In this document: one piece after another, positions 56,301 to 64,000 of the stretch
Layout of the letters: each line of letters starts with the position of its first letter
How positions within the stretch are numbered: position 1 is the stretch's first letter
Origin: Vitrella brassicaformis CCMP3155
Taxonomy: Eukaryota; Protista; Chromerida
Assembly: GCA_001179505.1 (NCBI GenBank)
Contig: CDMY01000325.1
Coordinates: 1 to 64,000 of the forward strand
Length of the DNA: 64,000 bases
Direction: 5' to 3'
Program-made: the position numbers and the translations under genes
Notes under the pieces: model-generated
Told to the model about the DNA's origin: nothing
What the model saw: only the letters and a program-made list of their open reading frames with translations
Databases searched by the model: none

Positions 56301-57516
56301 TCATCTCATAGGTCCCAACTCGCTGCTCAGATAGATGTAGTTCGTCGGGAACTCGGTGCTGTACCGACAAGGAGAAGAGCTGCTGGTGGTCTGCAGGCGT
56401 CGTTCTCTCTGTGTGCCCCCCTCTGCCTGTCCCCTGCTCTCCTGCCGGATACGTCCGTCTTTAATGCGGTCGGCGATGATCATCGGCTCGTGACCAGGCC
56501 GATGCAGAGTGGCGAATGCTGCATACATTCGAACGCGTGTCTCGATTGAATGGGTCACATGATTTGATAGACGCACCTGGCGAGACCTCCATCTTGTCTC
56601 TGCATAGGCCGATGGTCGCCTGGCGGGTGCCCTGCTGGAGCACACCGCGCTTCACACTCGTGACCTGCGAAGACGAGACAAGCAGTTACGACATACTTAG
56701 TCTCCGCATGTGTGCATCTGTGGCGGCTCTGACCGTGTATATGGCCCGTTCTTTCGTGTCAGGCAGGGCAAAGTATAGCCGGTTCATCTTGCGAAGCTTG
56801 GTCAGTGGCATGTCCAGCAGGTCGAAGAGCTCGATGTCTGTCGTGGCGTCAAGGATGCCTGAGCAAACAGAACATGGCGAGAGCGTTGTGGCTGGTGTGG
56901 GCTGATAGTCGTATGTATGGATGGGCGACTGGCTTTGGTATGCTCACTGACTGACTGATGGGTTGGTTGTCGGTTGACACAAGCTGCGAGTCCTCTACCT
57001 TCACGTCTCGAGACACTGCCAGCATCGATACATCCATGGCCACACATCAATGGAATGGGGCTCGGCTGGGTGCACACCTTTGTTGGCCCAGACACAGAGG
57101 CCGAAAAGAACGCCTGAATGCCGGCCAAGAGGCAATCGAAGTCAAGTGCAATATGTTCACTTTTGCGCACCGATGGAGACGCAGTAGAGGCCGAACAGCA
57201 CGCCCAGCGTCACGCTCCATCGCCTGCGAGACGTCTTGGTTGCCAGCAAAGTGCTGCAAACAGGGTAGACATGGCGTATTGGAGGAGATACAGCCGATGA
57301 AATGGCCTCTCCTTTGTCCGTCGTTAAATACCGAGCTGCTGCAGCACACTCCTCGAGGCTTACCACGCCGTCGCCGTCGGTGTCCCACTGCTGCAGCAGT
57401 TTGAGGACCTCCCTGTCGGCGCTGAGGCCGAACAAGCTTGCCATGGCCGCCACGGAGCTCTTCCTCCTTGCTCTTCCTCCATACTTGCTCAAAGCCGATG
57501 CCTTCCTCTCATCCAT
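56301..57516 (-). CDS. EF-hand + transmembrane protein of unknown function
   Basis: Canonical EF loop WDTDGDGVVSLEEC. Spliced hydrophobic segment TLGVLFGLYCVSI|GVLFGLCVWAN followed by further in-phase exons ending ...SSELGPMR*. Confidence 0.6.
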
Positions 57517-57658
57517 CCTCGCTCGAAATTCCAAGGGTCTTTCAGTGGGGCTGCGTAGTGGACTCAAGGGGGGGAATGCGCACCCGCAGGGGGGGATCGC
57601 GAGATAAGCTCGCAGACGGTGAGAGGAAAGGATACGAGAATGGAGGAAAGCGTTTCGA

Positions 57659-60600
57659 ATGGATGAGTCAGAAGTAAGCAGACACATTCACAGCTCGATT
57701 CAGAGATTAAGCACAAGCGTGTTTGTTATTTGTGTCCCTGCCTCAGGTGCTCATGACGGGTTTGGGTTCATCTCAGTGCGTTGTCCGCAATCTGGACACA
57801 AGTAAGAACCTCGCAGACAAATCCGATGTCCATCAATCTTTTCTCTCTCGATGTTTGTTTATCCACAGTGGAGAGCTGGGACCTGTCTTCGCCGGGTGCG
57901 GTAGATGCTGTGGCGCCATCAGCGAGCAGTCCCAGCCTTCATGCCGTCCCATCTGATACCAGCCTTGCATCAGGGGACCGGCCGAGGACGGCTGCGAAAC
58001 CATGGGAAAACTGGTGGGTATGCTGGTCCACCCCGCGAGTCAGTCGGTTACATACGCACGTGCGTACGTGCGTTGGTCTGCGTGTGTTAGGTGGCGGGAG
58101 AAGAGAAGAAAGGATGCTGAGCTCTGGAACGCCGCTGAGATGGGAGATGTCGACGCAATGACACAGGTAGGCAGTGGCTGGATGGGCAAGCTTACCAGTG
58201 GTGCTGTCTGATCCATCCATACCCACTCTTCTGTAGATCATTGCGTCGGTAATGAGCCCTCCTTCTCTCGCTGAGATCGATCGCCCCCCTTATGACGTCA
58301 ACAGCCGGTCACTCAACGGATGGACTGCTCTTCACCTCGCAGCACATGCAGGTACGCCAGCCACGGGAGCTTTCCGGCAAAATATGGCCTGTGGTTGTTC
58401 ATTCGTCCACAATCATGGGACGCTCAGGCCACTCGGCGTGCATCGATCTGATAATGGAGGTGGTGCAGGATCCCAATCCAACAAGCGACCAGGGGAGGAC
58501 GGCGCTGCACCTGGCAGCTATGCAGTAAGGGTGGGGAAGGGTGAATGAGCGAGGGGATCGCCGAACGCTGCCCAAGCATGTATGTATGATGATTTGTGTG
58601 TAGGGGTCATATGGAGTGTGTGCGATCCCTGGTGGGTCGATGGCGAGCGACGCTCGACTGTCAGGATGCCTTTGGCGCCACGCCACTGCACCTCGCCTCC
58701 TCAGGAGGTAAAGACACCGCCTCACGCCATCGGTCGACATTCGCATGATTCTCTCCTCCGCTGATTTCCTTAATCCCACGATCAGGCCACGGCCGTGTTG
58801 TGAGGCTGCTGCTCAGCCATGGCAGCGACTACAGAGTGAGTGATCGGGCAGGTGATAATGTTGTGCAGGTCACATCATGTCATCGCCTGGTGCGATGGTG
58901 TGGTATCTGTGCAGATCAAGAACAACAGTGGCCTGACGGCACGGCAGGAGGCGCTCAACATCAACACCAGGGAGTGCTTCAAGTACCGACAACAACCATA
59001 AAAGGCGGACGCTGATTGCATTGATTGCATCAATTGGGTGCAGTCATCATGTCCTTCCCTTGTTTGTGTGTTTCAGCGACGTCATCAACCGCGATTCGTC
59101 TGCAGCGTGGGACCAAGACACGTCGTATGGGTACATGCACAATTGGACGACAAACCCATGCGCACTCATGGCCATCCATTGACCCCTGTGTGTACATGCA
59201 GAAGGACACCATTTCGGCGGTCTGTGCTGCTGCACAATGCGCGGTCAGACGTGGTGCGGAAGCTTCTGTCGTCTGCCCAACAGTGAGGCACACGTTAACA
59301 TGGACAAGAACAGGAAGAAACGTATGCAAGCCGTCTGTGGTGTGCAGGAGTTTCCATTCCCAGCAGCCTGTGTCCAAGGACGATACAGTCGGTGGGCCCC
59401 GGCGGCTACACAGCCCCGACAGCCCCAGACACGCCACTGCTGGCGGTACTCTATCCACACAGCGCACACACGAACGGCAAGGATGATGCACACCTCTGTG
59501 TTGCGGGATTCATTTGTGTGTGCAGGCAGGATGTTCCACTACCTGGGTCGTCTCGATTCCGGCATGAGTCGCACAGACTTCGCGCCATCCGAGCCCGTGA
59601 ATGGCATTGACGAGATGATCGGACCCAATTTATTCGACATCGGGCCGCTGCTCGGCAAGGTGCGTGTGCAAGCCTCCATCGTGCAGACCATCCACACTGC
59701 AATCCCTCGTCCTTTTGTTTCCGCAGGGCAGTTTCGGATCGGTGTACAAGGTGACGCACAAGTCCACTGGCGTCTGCTACGCCATGAAGATACTCGAAAA
59801 GCGAAAAATAATCGGTATTGGGAAGGCAGGCAGTGAGATCTCGCGGGTCGGTGCTGAGATTAGCTCTTCTCATCTCATGTCACGTCAGGTCGGAGTTTGG
59901 TTCGGTATGCGTTGACAGAGAGGAACATTCTGTCATACATTCGGCACCCACACATTGTCGAGCTCGCCGGCGCGTTCCAGACTTCGGTGAGTGCACGAGA
60001 GGCTACACAATACGACGGAAGCTATTCATTCCTTCTCTCATATGCATGATCAGGATCATCTGGTGCTGCTGCTGGAGTACTGTTCTCGCGGCAACCTGCA
60101 GCAGCTCATTTCGAGACACAAACGGCTCAAGCAGTCCCTCGCCAAGCTCTACACAGGTAGGCAGACCTGCCTGGACAATGGCGCCCCCAAAAACAAGGAC
60201 GTTCGTCCGCGTGTTGTGCTGTTATGTGTTCTGTATTGCGATAGCTGAGATCCTGACTGCTCTTGAGTACCTGCACGAGCGCAACATCGTCTTCAGAGAC
60301 CTCAAGGTGGCCACCGACCCACCACCCTCCCATTCTTGCTCATCTACTGTCTGCCTGTCTGCCTGTGCAGCCCGACAACGTGGTGCTCGACGATAGAGGT
60401 GAGGGAGGGAGGGAGGCGTAACAGCGGGAGTCGATCAATGCTTATCCTTCCTGCTGTCTCCTGATGGATGGATGGATGGATGGCTCGGTCAGGCCACGCG
60501 CTTCTGACTGACTTTGGGCTGAGCAAGGAGCTCGTGTCAGACCTGTACCCAGCACCTGCCACCTCATTCTGCGGGGTAATGAGAAACCCTGAACATCATC

Positions 60601-61790
60601 CGACAGTGGGGGAGGGACTCACTGCTGAGATTCTCTCTTTCCCTGGTCTTGGGTGCAGAGTGTCGCCTATTTGGCCCCTGAGATGTTGAGCAAGAGAGGC
60701 CACGGCAAGAGCGTCGACCTGTACGGCCTGGGCGTGCTCCTCTACGAGATGCTCGTCGGAACACCGCCCTACTTCAGGTCAGTCACACGCACAAAGAGAG
60801 AGCATCGATGTATGGCTTTCATTTGGAAGAGCGTATGTGTCTGTGTGTGTCTGCAGCTACGACCGTAAGTCATTTGTTCGGGAGCGCAGCCCACCTGCGT
60901 TGTCTGCCTCCGTGTAAATATGCCACTCATGCACTCCTTGCTTGTCTTGATGCGTCCGTCATGCAGGAGAGCAGCTGTTCAAGAACATCGAGACGCAGAA
61001 GCTGACATTCCCGGCACATGTGTCTCCCGTAAGCAAGCAGACGACAACAACAACACACACTCACACACATCGAATACCGTCATCGAATGTGCGTCTCTCT
61101 GGTTGTTGCCAAATGACAGGATGCGCGTGACCTGATCAGCCAGCTGCTGGACCGCGACCCTCAGCGTCGGCTGGGTGCGATGGACACGCAAGAGGTGCGG
61201 CAGCATCCCTTCTTCGCAGACATCGACTGGGAGGGGCTTGCGGCCATGCGTAAGGACAGCAGCTCTGTGGCCATCCTGCCGCCCAATGAGATGCCTTGTG
61301 GTGAGCCGTCCAACATCAGCATACTGCTCAGAGGCCAGCATGGGGTGCTGGGGGGCGAGAGGAAACGACCATTCAACCGGGTAAGCGAGGTGGTCGACTG
61401 GCTGACATCCCGGCCAGAGTCGTATGCATGCATGCGTCCTGTCTGTCGGTAAACCACGTCAGGTTGCCCACCCCATCGGCAAGCCGAGCCAGCCCCACCG
61501 TGCGTCGAGTGTCCCGCTCTCCCCCGGCCGGGATAACTTCATCCACGGGTCAGTCCGTCAGGCACTCAGTCAGCGGCCACACCCGATTGATGTTTGGCTG
61601 GTTGTTTCCATGTAGTTGGAGCTTTGCGGGTCGACTGTCCAAGGAGGAGGTCACAAGGCTGCGAGAGCGGCCGAAAGCGGCCGTCATGCGGGGCCTCACG
61701 CAGTCGACTGTGCAGAGCACTAATAATCACAATACACACGGGTGGTTGACGAGCTCGGTCATGGGTGCACAGTGGCAGCAGCTTCCTTGA
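57659..61790 (+). CDS. Ankyrin-repeat + AGC-group Ser/Thr kinase
   Basis: ANK: [31 protein letters not shown]. Kinase: LGK|GSFGSVY, YAMKIL, ERNIL, IVFRDLK|[18 protein letters not shown]|[44 protein letters not shown]. Confidence 0.93.
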
Positions 61791-62230
61791 GGCAGTCAGC
61801 AAGCTAGAAGCAACCGTCGATTCTTGCATGTGTAGCGCTAGCGATGAATTGTATCATCATGTATCGGTGTGTCCTGTTGTTTGCATATGTGCTCGGACTG
61901 CAATGCGACACCCCCGCATGTTTGAGTCACACCTGTAACTCCCGGCACGAGAGAAACTCTCGCACCGCATGAGTTCGACGCCTTGCCTTCGGATACTGAA
62001 ACAAGGTGAGACACAGTCGGAGTACTGTAGTGGAAGAATTTTACTTCATCCGAATGCTGACGTCAAGGGATGTGCGCACTAGCATTGACACGACAACTGG
62101 GGAAATCCCGCCAAGAAAGAGAACCGGCAAGAAAAAACGGCCGGCAGTTCTCTGTTTCACGGCGGGCAAAAGCGCGCAAAGGGCCTTTCCGTCGGGCCTT
62201 TCCCCCGCTGAATAAAAAAGTCTGAGGACA

Positions 62231-63729
62231 ATGCTCCGTCGCGTCGTCGGCGTAGTCCTTGCGTTGTTGAGCTGCCTTCCCTTGGGTGAGCATGCCGATG
62301 CCGGGCGTGATGCCGGCCACTCCCAGGCCTTCCTCGGACTTCACAACACAACGCTGCCCGTCCCGCATACGCTGCTAGGTAGGTGAGCCAGCAATCAACA
62401 GTCGCCAGCCTCAAGCCGTCGGGACGTCGCTCACAATGCATGCATGCAATGCCACGGTCTTGGTGTACGTCTTGGTGTCACTCGCGTCAATGACATGCAT
62501 GCAGGGTGCCATTCTCCCATTCATGGCCCCCCCCAACTCGCCGCCGAAGCCCTTCACTGGGGAGCTGGGCCCCTCACAACGGTTGGCTCTAGAGCTGCGT
62601 TGACCGACGAGACATTGGTTCCCTCTGTGTGTGTATGTAGGTCGACGACCTACGCCAGCAAATTTGCGTTCGTCGATGAGCTGTGGCGCCCACAATGGTG
62701 TGATTGGCCATGACATTGTGTGCTCGAGGCCGTCTTGCACTGGTTGTTTGGCTGTATGTAGGCTGAAGACGTACGCCAGCAAGTACGCCTTCATCGATTC
62801 GGAATTCTCCAATGCGGTTCTGCCGCGGAAGCTCAAAGACGTGCACACCCCCACCTTTGAGGGGAAAGACCACACAACCTCTGTCGGCACCGAAGTTTTT
62901 GGGGAGCCGGACTCCGAGGAGGACGCCCCGGGGTCGGCTCCGTTCACCTGGGCGGACCTTCCGGACTCACCGAAACCTCACTACTGGCAACTCGACCTCA
63001 TGAACACCCAACAGGTGGAGAAAGAAAAAGACAATATCTAGCAGGGCATTCGATCAACCGATATCTCGGTGTCTCTTCATGTGAGTGTGCAGATTGCTGC
63101 TGCTCATGAGAGTCTCGGCCTCGCATTCAACCATTTCAAGAGCGTGTTGTTGGTCTTCTGCACCCATGACCTGTTCTTCCGTATCGACTACCGGAACCAA
63201 CACCTCTAAATTGTCGACCCGCTCTGGCAAAACATTCGGTCTCTCCTGGCGATCGGCGGCAAAGTCATCATCAACAATATACCTGTACGTACGTGTGTGA
63301 GGGAACACTGACTGAATCAGATACATCGTCTCACACTCATAGAGACACGCAGGGTGTCATCTTGATTGATGGGGTCAGATGTGTGTTTGCGATGTGTGTG
63401 TGTGTGTGTGTTTGTTACAAGGCTGCATTCGCTGGCGAGACATGCGACTGTCAGTATCCGCCTGAGGCAAGGCCTGAGGGGACGCGATGCATTCACCACA
63501 AGAGGCTCGACACGGACATCTGTTGGTCGAATGCTTCCATGAGAAAGCTGTTCGACCGTTTCGTCCACCTCGTGGAACTGCAAGGATTCGAACTCGTCGG
63601 GCCCGTGCTGTTCCGCCTCTCAGGTGCGAAAGGATGGATGCAAACGAAATATTCCTTGTGTGCCAATCGCTGGCTGCAGATGTGTCACCCATCTTGGGGG
63701 TGGAGTTTCAGCGGATCCACTCTCTCTAG
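62231..63729 (+). pseudogene. Signal-peptide-bearing, class I SAM-methyltransferase-like gene with in-frame TAA
   Basis: MLRRVVGVVLALLSCLPLG signal. Exons splice to ...QLDLMNTQQ|IAAAHESLGLAFNHFKSVLLVFCTHDLFF...HL*IVDPLWQNIRSLLAIGGKVIINNIP|...LVELQGFELV...S|DVSPILGVEFQRIHSL*. Stop at 63207-63209. Fold call is tentative. Confidence 0.45.
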
Positions 63730-64000
63730 CTGCCTTCACAGCTCGGCCAAAGCGACAGAGATGCGCCTGTTGCGACGTTTCTTTTTTCCCAATCGGTCTT
63801 CAGATAGCGAGCGATGCGGTGGAACAGACGGTGGAATGAAATGAGAGACAGAGAGATGCACAGTGACAAGTGATAGATCGGACAGCTCAAATAACCTTAA
63901 AAGCGCTCATCCATAGACTGACCGCGAGGCGTCGTCGTGTCAACTTTGGTGGCTGCATTGGTCTTTGCCAAGTGTTTCCGTCTCCGGCTGATGGGGAAGA

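Noticed and set aside
63054-63326. Minus-strand acidic ORF
   Set aside because: Antisense shadow of the plus-strand exon 63093-63284, which has proper splice sites.
63581-63600. tRNA B-box-like GAGTTCGAATCC on the minus strand
   Set aside because: No cloverleaf or A-box, and it lies within a coding exon on the other strand.

Overview
Eukaryotic, intron-rich, GC-rich genomic DNA with many (GT)n, (GACA)n and (GGAT)n tracts inside introns. The style suggests a chromerid alveolate such as Vitrella brassicaformis (inference, not a database match). I spliced about 24 genes by hand from GT/GC-AG signals and reading phase: three Branch/GT14-like glycosyltransferase paralogues, a GT47 exostosin, a GT34, a degenerate possibly GT90-like gene, an ABM-barrel protein, a ZIP transporter, CBP3/UQCC1, a CS-domain protein, MATH-BTB, a secreted arylsulfate sulfotransferase with a PAN domain, EF1B, SCOC, a BBS5-RING fusion, an ankyrin-PHAX fusion, a START protein, a cyclin-fold protein, NSF, a metallophosphoesterase, CCDC146/MBO2, an EF-hand membrane protein, an ankyrin-AGC kinase and a stop-interrupted methyltransferase-like gene. 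There are three 300-N gaps. I found no supportable rRNA, tRNA, CRISPR array or transposon. Main leads: an N-acylated BBS5 paralogue fused to a RING E3 domain, an ankyrin+PHAX fusion, an ASST+PAN fusion within a glycosyltransferase-rich neighbourhood, 14 consecutive genes in strict head-to-head pairs, and recurrent GC-AG introns. All family calls come from remembered motifs and have not been confirmed by searches.
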